Source: an uncultured delta proteobacterium (GTDB lineage: Bacteria; Desulfobacterota; Desulfomonilia; UBA1062). Taken from it: a stretch of DNA of 64,000 bases. This document shows positions 24,069-34,061 of the stretch, one piece after another. The DNA is taken from contig CAVVYZ010000001.1 in NCBI GenBank assembly GCA_963752595.1, forward strand, positions 388,961-452,960, read 5' to 3'. Both the position numbers and the translations under genes were made by a program. Numbering within the stretch: the stretch's first letter is position 1; the number at the start of each line of letters is the position of its first letter. The notes beneath the pieces are model-generated. The model did not search any database and was not told where the DNA came from. It was given only the letters and a program-made list of their open reading frames with translations.

Positions 24069-25765
24069 ATGAAAAAATTCATACTTACATTTCTTATGAT
24101 GCTGGTTCCTCTTGGTCTGCTTGCGCAGCAGGGAACTATTCCGGCACTGGCGGTTATCACGAGCCCCGGATTTTTCACCGCCCTTGTTGCAGGGATTATC
24201 ATTGCCTTAGGTTTCCAGCTTATCCTGACTAATTTATCCGCAGCCATAGGTTTGAGTGCCCTGCACATGGGAGCGGAAAGAATTGAAAAGGCGATAAGGA
24301 CCGGTTTTAAGCAAGGAAAACAGGAGGAATCATCCGAACCCATGGGGAGGAAGGTTCGAAAAATAAATGCGGCATTCGGGGTATGGGCAATCATAACCAC
24401 CAGCATTTCCCTGTTTTTCGCAGCCTTGCTGGCGGTAAAAATCAGCACAGCCCTCAATCTTATCGCCGGCGTAACCCTCGGCCTCGCAATCTGGGGGCTC
24501 TTCTATCTCATCACGGCGGCGCTCGAGATGACAGCAGTATCATCCATGGTCGGTTCGCTGATGGACATCGTACGTTCAGGCTTCAGGACTGTCTCCGATA
24601 CGACTTCCGGCATCTTTCTCAAATCAGGCGAGCAGAAAACGGTCGATACCGCCCGGGAGATCACCGATGCAGTGCGCGATGAAATATTCGGAGATGCCAA
24701 TGTAAGAAGGACGATTCAGAACTATATCGATTCGCTGAAACCCGATTATAATCAGATCCGTAAAGAGCTCACCGCGGTCCTGAATGATGCGGAGATCAAT
24801 GTAAGATCCTCGTATGCCCGGGGTACTACCACCGCACATATCCATACGGGAACCAGCGCTCCATCCCCGGCGGAGGCAAAGGAAAAGGCCCAGGCAGCAG
24901 CAGGCACGGTAAAAGAAGAGGCGAGAAAGGTGCGCGAAGAGGCCCAATCCGACAAGGATCTGGCAGAAAAGATCGCCGATACCACTATGGAACTGGCAGG
25001 CTTGTCACGACAGGAGGCAGAAGCGTACCGGAAGAAGCTGGAGCAGTACCTGGCCGGCACCGGGAAGACTGAGCTGAACCCCGAGGGGATCAAACGCGAT
25101 ATCGACAAGCTTGTCTCTGAGAATCCGAAAGAAGGGGTGGATGCAATCCTTGCCCGGCTCAGTGATATCGACCGTTCCACCATAACGTCAATCCTCGCAC
25201 AGAGAAAGGATATGAACAGGGACGAGGCGAACCGGGTCGTGGACATGGTTGCCGGAACGGTGGACAGCCTCAGATCGAGGTATCAGAAGACAAAAACAAC
25301 GACTCAGGCCGCTTCACGGCAGCAGCAGGGTGCATCAGAGGGACGATTGCGGCAATACCTGGATTCCCTCGATAATCCGGAGCTCCACTACGCCGATATC
25401 AAGACCGATCTGGAGGCCTTCTTCATGATCCCAAGGCAGGCACCATGTCATTGGTCGACAGGTTGAAATCCATTGACCGTCATGACTTGAAACAGATGAT
25501 CACAGAGAGCGGGCTGAACATCAAAGAAGAAGACATCGACCGGCTGGTAGGAAGGATAGAAGAAGCAAAAGATTCCGTGATCGACAAGACAGAGCAGATG
25601 AGGAGAGAGGTTGTTGCGAGGGTGCAGAAGGCTGAAGAAGAATCCATCCATTACGCAGATGAGGCGCGGAGGGTTGCCGCATCTGCTGCCTGGTGGGTTT
25701 TCGGCTCGGCACTGGTATCCGGAGTTGCAGCCGCGCTGGGTGGATTGGTCGGCCTTATGGTCTAG
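24069..25765 (+). CDS. Membrane protein with N-terminal TMs, long amphipathic helical region and C-terminal TM (one frameshift ~25420)
   Basis: AAGGAG RBS; F..ALVAG.IIALGFQL.LTNLS.A.GLS and AAWWVFGSALVSG termini; ELNPEGIKRD/ELHYADIKTD internal repeat. Confidence 0.65.
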
Positions 25766-26004
25766 CATACCCATGAGCTTGATTTACTGAGCAATGGATC
25801 CCGCTGTATGCCATACTTTACTCGCTTGCGGCGGGATACTTCATTGATGCGCGCGTATGGGTCTTTTCTGGTGTCCGGCGTGTGGTCTCCTGGAAATTTA
25901 TCTTGGCTGTTTTATCGAGGCATTTCATAACGTTATTGACTTTAGGGACTGGAGCACGCTATTCAGCACAGCAAAGATTGAGAGAGAAAGGAAGAAGGCA
26001 GCAT

Positions 26005-26328
26005 ATGAAATCTCTGGCAGGATCACAAAGGACGTATCTCAGGGGGTTGGCGCACAAGCTGCGGCCGGTTATCCAGGTGGGTAAGAACGGTATTACCCCC
26101 GAACTGATCAAGGCTGTGGACGAAGCCCTTACCATCCATGAGCTCATCAAGATCAAATATGGTGATTTCAAAGAGGAGAAAAAGGAACTCTCCGAGGATA
26201 TTGCTCAACAGACTTCGAGCGAGACAGTCGGCCTGATCGGTAACGTCGTCATACTCTACCGGCAGAATCCTGATGAAGAAAAGCGAAGAATAATCCTGCC
26301 TGGGAAGCAGACAAAGAAAAACCCGTAG
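26005..26328 (+). CDS. yhbY: CRM-domain ribosome assembly protein YhbY
   Basis: LRGLAH.L.PVIQVGKNG...HELIKIK...IGNVVILYR. Confidence 0.93.
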   Translation: MKSLAGSQRTYLRGLAHKLRPVIQVGKNGITPELIKAVDEALTIHELIKIKYGDFKEEKKELSEDIAQQTSSETVGLIGNVVILYRQNPDEEKRRIILPGKQTKKNP

Positions 26329-26495
26329 CTTATCCCCGGGCGGCACTGACTGTCCTCTGCAGAGCTGGTAATGGTTTGGAACATATAAGATTTGTAAATA
26401 CCAAGAAGCTTTCTCAAGCAAATCACCAAGATTGGGAATAAATAATGAAGAAACAGCCTGACTTGCCGTAATATACCGGATAGTCTCTTCCCTGC

Positions 26496-26522
26496 ATGAA
26501 TCTTTTTCCTTCCTGGTGCATC
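26496..26522 (+). promoter_or_regulatory. Bipartite motif ATRAATC-N16-CATC upstream of sRNA copy 2
   Basis: ATGAATC tttttccttcctggtg CATC agaa. Confidence 0.6.
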
Positions 26523-26529
26523 AGAAATA

Positions 26530-26596
26530 GAACATAACTTAATACCTCCTCTTTATGGATGGCGAGTCTTATGCCCTAACCGCCATCCATTTTTTT
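26530..26596 (+). ncRNA. Putative small RNA, sibling 2 (5' end inferred)
   Basis: ACCTCCTCTTT, then stem ATGGATGGCG/CGCCATCCAT with loop AGTCTTATGCCCTAAC and a T-tract. Confidence 0.6.
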
Positions 26597-26781
26597 ATCC
26601 GCCTTACTGCAAAATAGACCAATCTCCTACGTCCATGTATAAAATTGTTTGACAGAAAATCTTTGATTAGTTACGGTCATATAGTAATACAATAAGATTA
26701 ATAAAGGCATCAGCCTGCCTGGACCGTGTGAGCCAGAAAAGCGGAGGCCCTGACGGGACATGATGCATGAGGAGGGTTTAC

Positions 26782-27957
26782 ATGAGAGATGTTTTCGTTG
26801 TCAGCGCTGTAAGGACCGCAGTGGGCAAGCAGAAAGGATACTTCCGCGACTTCCTTGCGCCTGAACTTCTGGCATTGGCATTGAATGAATCCATAGGCCG
26901 CATCGATCTCGACGGTAATCTTGTAGACGACGTCATCACCGGCTGCGTCTATCAGATAGGCGAACAGGGATTCAACTTGGCCCGTATGGCCGTCCTGGCG
27001 TCGAAACTACCTGTGACGATTAGGCGGGATTACCGTGAACCGCCAGTGCGGCAGCTCGCTGTCGGCTATACAGATCGCTGCAGGGATGATCGGCTCCGGT
27101 ACCCATGATGTCATCATAGCCAGCGGTTGCGAGCTCATGACCAAGTACGGCATCGCCTCCGACATGAACTGTACCCTTGCCAACGGGCAGACACGCCGGA
27201 CACCCGATAGGAAAGTTCTACCTTGATAAATACGGCATTCCGAGCCAGACCGATGCCGCCCAGGCAATCGCGAACAGGTGGAAGATAACCAAGGAGGAAT
27301 GCCAGGATTTCGCTATCGCGAGCCACAAGAAGGCCCACAATGCCGCTCTGGAGGGCAGATTCTCCGGGGAAATATTCCCTGTGAAAGGACTCGACAAAGA
27401 CGGGAACCCGATCAACTGCATGACGGACGAGCCGGTACGTCCCGGAACAACCCGGGAAGCGCTCGACAGCCTCAAGGTTATCCCCGGCACCGAATGGATG
27501 ACTGCCGGCCTCTCACAGCACGGTTACCGACGGCGCATCGGCAATGGTGCTGATGAGCGGCCTGATGGCGAACAAGCTTAACCTCACGCCGCTGGCCCGC
27601 GTGGTTGCCAGTGCGGTTACCGGTTCCGACCCCGTACTCATGCTCACCGGTCCCATCTCGGTGACACCGAAAGTGCTTGCCAAAGCAAACCTGACCATGG
27701 ACGACATCGACATCTTCGAGGTCAACGAGGCATTTGCTCCCATCCCGCTTGCATGGGCAAAAGAGCTGGGTGCTGATACGGACAGGCTCAACGTCAACGG
27801 AGGGGCTCTGGCCCTTGGTCACCCGGTGGGCAACAGCGGATGCCGGTTGAGTGTCACCGCAGTACATGAATTGAAGAGGCGCGGCGGTAAATATGCCCTC
27901 GTAACGCTCTGCACCGGAGGTGGGCAGGCACCCGCAACTATTTTCGAGCGTATATAA
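26782..27957 (+). CDS. Thiolase (acetyl-CoA C-acyltransferase); ~3 frameshifts, probably sequencing error
   Basis: VSAVRTAVG, NRQCGSSL, EVNEAFA, NGGALALGHP, LCTGGGQA. Confidence 0.9.
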
Positions 27958-28076
27958 GAGATCTGTAAAAATCAGGGTTCGTATCAACCCGGTCGATCCT
28001 GTTTGCCGGCGATTCGAGCCCTTTTTTAATTTTAGCGGGAAATCGATGGGAAAAAGAGAAAAAACGACCTCTTGAG

Positions 28077-28211
28077 TTATCGACAAAATGTAGATAATCA
28101 TCCCGGATCAAGCGGGTTCCACAGTTCCCCGACACATCACCAAAATGGTGGAAAAGAGAGGGTGTTCCCTCCAGCCGATTGAAATTACAAACCTAAAGAG
28201 ACTTGTTCACA
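28077..28211. promoter_or_regulatory. Cluster of DnaA-box-like 9-mers
   Basis: TTATCGACA 28077, TGTAGATAA 28089, GGTTCCACA 28115, GGTGGAAAA 28147, TTGTTCACA 28203 versus consensus TTWTNCACA. Confidence 0.6.
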
Positions 28212-28329
28212 AGCCTCATAAAGATGGAAAAAATCGGAAAGCGTACGGTTTGATCTCTTTCATCGATGCGGGCATTATGCCTTCCATACACATCTTCTCT
28301 GCATCTTTTTTTCACCTGGGGGTTTTTAA

Positions 28330-29673
28330 GTGAATAGCTTTGATATGATAAAAGAATCTATCCTTGCATCAGTGCCGGGAGAATCCGAACGGGCGCTCAT
28401 AGAACAGATCGAGATCTCTGAAGAAAACGGCACGGTCGTCATCGGTTGCCCGAACGCTTTTTCGCACAAATACCTGAGCAGGCAATACAAGGACCCCATT
28501 GTCCAGTGCGTCCGTACAGCCCTCCAGCGGGCTGTCGAAGTGGATTTCTTGATCTGTACGAAGGAAAACCAAGGCGCGCACACCCCGCGTCAGGAACAAC
28601 CTGTTCAGATGACCTTGCCCACCCTTGCTCTTTCCTCGTCCTCCAACGGGCTGAACAGTAATTTCACCTTCGAGGAATTCGTCGTGGGAAGAAGCAATGC
28701 CTTTGCCTTTGAAGCTGCAATGGCTATTACCGAAGAAGATGCCAGCAGATATAACCCCTTGTACTTTTATTCCGATATCGGCCTTGGCAAGAGCCATATA
28801 GCCCACGCCATCGGCAACCGGATGACGGGTTCGGGAAAGACCCTGAAAGTCAGATATACGACTGCAAGGGATTTCTCCCAGGACTATGTCAACAGCATCA
28901 GGAACAATGGCATGGATAAGTTCGAGGCCATATACAGCCCGTCAAAGCTCGATATTTTCTTTATCGATGACGTGCATCTCTTCAAAAATAAAGAAAAGAC
29001 CCAGATGGAGCTCTGCCATGTTATGGATGACCTCATATGCGCAGGCAAGCAGGTAATCCTCTCCGGCTTCAGGCCGCCCAGTTCCATGACCCAGATCGAT
29101 AAAGGACTTCGCTCCCGGTTCTCCTCGGGCCTTGTCATAGACATCAAGAGGCCGGATAAGACGACGCGGGAGAAGATCGTCCGCCATAAGGCAATGAAAA
29201 ACGGCGTCAGCCTGCCTGAAGAGGTTGTCGAGTTCATCAGCAGCAGTGTGCTCGGCAGCGTCAGGGAGCTCGAGAGTGCGGTGCTGACCACGGTGGCCAT
29301 GAGCACACTCATGAAACGACAGGTCACCCTGAACCTTGCAAAAGAGATCCTGGAAGGCACCCTGGAGAAGCACCAGCAGATTACGGTCGACTACATTCAG
29401 GACTTCGTTGCAAAAAATTTCTGCATTTCAAAGGAGACGATGATCTCTGCTTCCAGGAAAAAGGAGATCGCCTATCCCCGTCAGGTGGCGATCTTTCTCT
29501 CCAGGAGGTATACGGCCGAGCCGCTCAAGAGCATCGGCGATTCGTTTTCCCGGAAGCACTCGTCCGTCATCCATTCTCTTGAGGTGATCGATAATGCCTA
29601 CAAGCAGAACCTCAAGGTAAAGAAAGAAATAGATTTTCTCATCGAGAAGCTGGAAACGGAAACCGGCGTATAA
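28330..29673 (+). CDS. dnaA: DnaA-family replication initiator homolog (divergent paralog)
   Basis: FTFEEFVVG.SN, YNPLY, GLGKSH, IDDVH, LRSRFSSGL, VRELE, domain IV PRQVAIFL...IG..F.R.HSSVIHS; no dnaN follows. Confidence 0.88.
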   Translation: MNSFDMIKESILASVPGESERALIEQIEISEENGTVVIGCPNAFSHKYLSRQYKDPIVQCVRTALQRAVEVDFLICTKENQGAHTPRQEQPVQMTLPTLALSSSSNGLNSNFTFEEFVVGRSNAFAFEAAMAITEEDASRYNPLYFYSDIGLGKSHIAHAIGNRMTGSGKTLKVRYTTARDFSQDYVNSIRNNGMDKFEAIYSPSKLDIFFIDDVHLFKNKEKTQMELCHVMDDLICAGKQVILSGFRPPSSMTQIDKGLRSRFSSGLVIDIKRPDKTTREKIVRHKAMKNGVSLPEEVVEFISSSVLGSVRELESAVLTTVAMSTLMKRQVTLNLAKEILEGTLEKHQQITVDYIQDFVAKNFCISKETMISASRKKEIAYPRQVAIFLSRRYTAEPLKSIGDSFSRKHSSVIHSLEVIDNAYKQNLKVKKEIDFLIEKLETETGV

Positions 29674-29723
29674 AGGAATCGCCGGGCACTACCCTTTCAT
29701 TTAGGAATTATTTTCATGAAAGT

Positions 29724-31034
29724 ATGCGTATCCTTCTGATCTCAGCAAATACCGAACCCTTTCCTGAGCCGGTATTCCCTCTGGGGGCGGTCTATGTGGC
29801 CGATTCCCTGCAAAAGGCCGGAGCAAAGGTCCGGATATCCGACATGCGCCACCATCCTTTGTTTGCATCATTGAATAAAGAGCTGTCAGCCTTCTGTCCG
29901 GACTGCATAGGGATTTCTCTGCGGAACATCGATAATGCAGCATTCCCCGCAACCCGTTGCTATCTTCCGCCATATGCATCTCTCATTACATCGATACGTT
30001 CCCGCTGCAATGCCCGGATAATTCTGGGCGGCTCGGCGTTCTCCCTCTTTCCGGAAGAGATTCTTGCATATCTGGGAGCGGATGGAGGTTTCACGGGCGA
30101 AGGAGAGGGCGCGGCAGCTATGCTGTGCAATAACGGGCCTGAAGGGATAACGGCATCCAGCCTTGCAGGCCTTGCCGATGTAGGATTTCCAAGGGATATC
30201 CGGGAGATCTTTCCGGGCTTCCGCAGATATCGGACCATCGGAATCCAGACAGCCCGGGGATGCCCCAATACCTGTATCTACTGCACATACCCTCAACTTG
30301 AAGGAAGAAAAAGAAGGAGCAGATCGCCGGAGCTCGTAAGCGCCGAGATCGCCATGCTCTACCGGAATTTTGGGATCAGGGAATTCTTCATCGTGGATTC
30401 CCTCTTCAATGCTGATGAAGATCATATGCTCGAAGTGGCTGGAAACATCGCTTCTCTGAACCTGCCGGTCAGGTTTTCCTGTTATGTTCAGCCGAAGTTT
30501 TCTGATCCGGAAATATTCCGGCTCTTGAAGGAGTCAGGGTGTATCGCTTTAGATTTCGGGACCGATTCAGGTTCCCCATCTATGCTGAAATCCCTGGGCA
30601 AGCCCTTTACTAAAGATGACATCAGAAAAGCATCTCTGGCTTGCAGCAAGGCAGGGATAGATTTCTGCCATTCTCTTCTCTTCGGCGGCCCTGGTGAAAC
30701 GCCGGAGACGATCCGCGAAACGGTTAATCTCATGGACGAAACCTCCCCCCGGGCAGTCGTTGCCATGACGGGCATCCGCATCTATCCAGGCACGGAAATC
30801 GAGCGGATTGCCGCCAGAGAAGGCATGCATACAGCCGATGAATCACTGTTGGACCCGGGATTCTATTTCTCCACAATGGGCTCCTCAGCACTTTTGAAGT
30901 GTGTTTATGAGGCGGCTGAGAATAGAAAAAACTGGTTTTTCCCCGGGAAAAGGAATTGGGGATCTGCTCCGGGATTCAAATTTTTCCGTTTCCTGCACCG
31001 GAAAGGTCCTCTCTGGAGGATCTTGAAGAAGTAA
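29724..31034 (+). CDS. B12-binding radical SAM protein (lipid-biosynthesis-associated type)
   Basis: P.PVFPLG, GISLRNIDN, QTARGCPNTCIYC, LLFGGPGET. Confidence 0.85.
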   Translation: MRILLISANTEPFPEPVFPLGAVYVADSLQKAGAKVRISDMRHHPLFASLNKELSAFCPDCIGISLRNIDNAAFPATRCYLPPYASLITSIRSRCNARIILGGSAFSLFPEEILAYLGADGGFTGEGEGAAAMLCNNGPEGITASSLAGLADVGFPRDIREIFPGFRRYRTIGIQTARGCPNTCIYCTYPQLEGRKRRSRSPELVSAEIAMLYRNFGIREFFIVDSLFNADEDHMLEVAGNIASLNLPVRFSCYVQPKFSDPEIFRLLKESGCIALDFGTDSGSPSMLKSLGKPFTKDDIRKASLACSKAGIDFCHSLLFGGPGETPETIRETVNLMDETSPRAVVAMTGIRIYPGTEIERIAAREGMHTADESLLDPGFYFSTMGSSALLKCVYEAAENRKNWFFPGKRNWGSAPGFKFFRFLHRKGPLWRILKK

Positions 31035-31179
31035 GACAGTACAGCTCTTTGCCCTGGGTTTCCGGGGGATAATTCATCCCTGTTCACGTACTCTCTGCTG
31101 TCGTCTCTCATACTTGGGTAAGTCCCTGCTATGCCTTATCTTACCTATAGTGACACAGCAGCAGACAGCCGAGGAGGGA

Positions 31180-32312
31180 ATGATGATTGAGGTGAGGCGC
31201 GTTGAGGGCAGCAATATGATGAAGGATTTCATCATGCTTCCATGGGAACGTGATATTTATCAGGACGATCCGGCATGGGTCCCTCCCCTCATCAGGGATC
31301 AGAAGAGACTGTTCGACAGAAAAAAGGGTTACTTCTTCGAGATCGGCGAGGCTGAGTTTTTCCTGGCGTACAAGAATGGCGTTCCCGCAGGGCGCATAAC
31401 TGCACAGGTAAACCACCTCTATGAGCAGACCTATGACAGGGAGACCGGGTTCTTCGGGTTCTATGAGTCCGTCAATGACGGGGCCGTGGCTTGCGCTCTC
31501 TTCGATGCGGCTTCACTGTGGCTGAAGGAGAAGGGCAAGAAGATCATGAACGGCCCGCAGAGCTTTTCCATTTATGATTCCGTTGGATTCGAGGTGGAAG
31601 GTGAGGATAAGATGCCCACGGTCGGGCTTTTCCATTTTGCCCCGTACTACCGGAAGACTTGCAGAGACATGCGGATTCTCCAAATGTATCGACTGGCACT
31701 GCTTCCTGGTGGAGAGGATCTACTACGACAAGCATGCACCATACCTGGAAGAGATCAAAAACAGCCTCCTGAAAGACACGGAAGTCGAGTTCAAGACGTT
31801 ACAGAAAAAGGATGTCATGAAAAGGGTCAGGAGAGGTGCAGCAGATCTTCAACGCTGCCTGGGAAGGAAACTGGGGCCACCTGCCGCTCACCGATAAGCA
31901 AATGGACATGATCTTTCGTGAGCTCAAGATGATCATTATCCCGGATTTTGCCATCTTTGCCGAGAAGGATGGAAAAACCATCGGCTTTATCATTTCTGTT
32001 CCCGATATTAACCCCGGCCTGAGGATCCTGAACGGAAGGCTGTATCCCTGGCGGGTGGTCAGATTCATGAGAGAGATAAAGAAAACCAAACGGGTCAGGT
32101 CGATCATCATGGGGGTGCTCCCGGAATACCGCGGACAGCACATTGACGACATCTTTTATTTGAAATCGATCGAGGCAGGGCTTCGCCTGGATATCTGGGA
32201 ATCGGACTGCTCCATGATCGTGGAGACCAACAAGAAGATGATCAATGCGCTCAAGCCGCTTACCCCGAACCCATACAAGACCTACCGGATCTACCAGAGG
32301 CCCATTTCATGA
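31180..32312 (+). CDS. YghO-like GNAT acyltransferase, bacterial ceramide synthase-like (2 frameshifts)
   Basis: FI.LPW..Y.DDP.WVPPL, FLA...GRI.A, GFFGFYE, IFN.AW..NWG..P, PDIN, MGVLPEYRG, I.ETN..M, KTYRIY. Confidence 0.75.
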
Positions 32313-32346
32313 TCTTATCAAGGCGTTTTCTGCACCTGAGAGGAAA

Positions 32347-33261
32347 TCATCCGGCTGCTTGTTCACGGGAAGGTTCTTTCGGGACGAGACGGGGGAATAA
32401 GCCCTGCCCGAAACAATAAATCACAAGGCCCAAGCCTGCTCCGATGATGATATCGAGCACATAGTGGTACCGAAGATAGACCGTTGAGAAGAGAACGAGC
32501 AATGCCCAGACGCAGAAAACCGGAAAGTAACTCCTAGCATACCGTCCGGCAAGGAGTACGGTCAGCAGGGATATCAGTGCATGGCCGCTCGGGCAGCAGT
32601 CCCGCATCCGACCTTCGGCCTGGGCAAGGGCTTCTCTGAGTGTGTCGAACAGAAATACGCCCTGCAAGGGGATCGTCTGGAGATGATCCAGGGTAAACCT
32701 CGGCCCGATCACCGGAGTGAAGTAATACCCTAGATAGGAAAGATAGAATCCTGCGAGAACCATGGAGGCAGTGGCGTGGAACTCGATGCGGGGTCTTTTG
32801 AGGTAGACTATCACGCAGAGCATGAAAGGCAGGAGGTAGAAACTCGCGTATGATATCTGGAGAATCTCGGAGAGGAACGGGAAGGTAATCCTCTCCAGCA
32901 GCACGGTAGGGTCGTGCCCAAGGCAGATGAACCGGTCGATTCCGATAAACGCCGGATCCAGGTCATGCGGGTTGACGAGCGGGATGAGCCTGCGGTTTTC
33001 AAGGAAAATGACAAACAGAAATACAGGCACATACCAGTCTCTGAAAAGCTGTACCCATGTCTGGTGGAAAAACTTGTGAAATGTGGATATGCCGAGGATG
33101 ATCCCGATTATGAGCAGGTTCAGGCAGAAGAGATCCCATGCCGGCACCGGCTGTACAAAGACCGGTATGAGTGTATCGAGCGTTGCTGCAGCAGCGATAG
33201 TGATGCGTTCCTCAAGGAGTAAATCGGGTTTAGAGAGGCATGCCGCGAAGGTGATCTTCAT
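32347..33261 (-). CDS. PAP2-superfamily membrane protein (Aur1/IPC-synthase-like)
   Basis: Multi-TM; PVIGPRF, DCCPSGH, STVYLRYHYVLD; start overlaps the lysE-family stop (TAATG). Confidence 0.75.
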   Translation of the reverse strand: MKITFAACLSKPDLLLEERITIAAAATLDTLIPVFVQPVPAWDLFCLNLLIIGIILGISTFHKFFHQTWVQLFRDWYVPVFLFVIFLENRRLIPLVNPHDLDPAFIGIDRFICLGHDPTVLLERITFPFLSEILQISYASFYLLPFMLCVIVYLKRPRIEFHATASMVLAGFYLSYLGYYFTPVIGPRFTLDHLQTIPLQGVFLFDTLREALAQAEGRMRDCCPSGHALISLLTVLLAGRYARSYFPVFCVWALLVLFSTVYLRYHYVLDIIIGAGLGLVIYCFGQGLFPRLVPKEPSREQAAG

Positions 33262-33872
33262 TACCGGCTCAGGAGAAGAAAAATTCCGAACCCTGCGACG
33301 GCCGTTCCTGCAACGCGGTTGACCCACTTCAATCCGGATGCATGGGTTCTCAGCCGAAGCATGCCGACGCCCGTGCTCAGGATAATCCACCACAGGGCAG
33401 AGCCGAGGAAAACACCGAGCACAAGTAAAATCGCCTTGTCAATGCCATGCCGGACATGTGCCACCCCGAATCCGGCAAACAAAAGACCATAGGAAAAGAT
33501 GGTCGTAGGATTGGCAAGCGTCAGGAAGAATGTCGAGGCATAAGCGGCCATAAGTCCGTTCACATGGAAAGATGCCGGTCGTTCTCTCGTTTCCGACAGT
33601 ATGGTCCTGACTCCCAGCCAGCAGACGAACAGTCCTCCGATTATGCGGAACCATGCCTGGTTTCTGGCCAGGATATCGGAAATGAAAGTCAAACCAAGCC
33701 CGGCAATACCTCCATAGACCGCATCGACCGTGGCTGCGCCCAGGCCCGAGACCAGGCCCACTATCCCGCCTTGGTTCAATGTGCGTTGAATGCACAATAC
33801 ATTGACCGGCCCGATGGGAATTGCGGCCAGAAACCCGATAATTATCCCCCTGAAAAAGATGATTGCATCCAT
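33261..33872 (-). CDS. LysE-family translocator
   Basis: AIPIGPVN.LCI.RTL..G...GL.SGLGAA..D, TLANP, GVFLGSALWW. Confidence 0.9.
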   Translation of the reverse strand: MDAIIFFRGIIIGFLAAIPIGPVNVLCIQRTLNQGGIVGLVSGLGAATVDAVYGGIAGLGLTFISDILARNQAWFRIIGGLFVCWLGVRTILSETRERPASFHVNGLMAAYASTFFLTLANPTTIFSYGLLFAGFGVAHVRHGIDKAILLVLGVFLGSALWWIILSTGVGMLRLRTHASGLKWVNRVAGTAVAGFGIFLLLSR

Positions 33873-34002
33873 TTGTCCTACATTACCCTGTGAACATGTC
33901 CATGGTAGGGAAGGGACATGCTTTTCTTGTTCTTATGATAGTGAGCAGGGATTGATCTGCAATGGGCAGGGCTTTTAAGGGGAAATGAAACCGGTTCTCA
34001 GG

Positions 34003-34058
34003 AAAAAGGGCCGGGGCTTGGATGGTTGTTGAGGCAACCGGGCCCCTGGCCCTTCTTT
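34003..34058 (-). terminator. Terminator for the OmpA/MotB-like gene
   Basis: AAGGGCCGGGG ... CCCCTGGCCCTT hairpin; the A-run to its left is a U-tract on the minus strand. Confidence 0.6.
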
Positions 34059-34061
34059 GTC

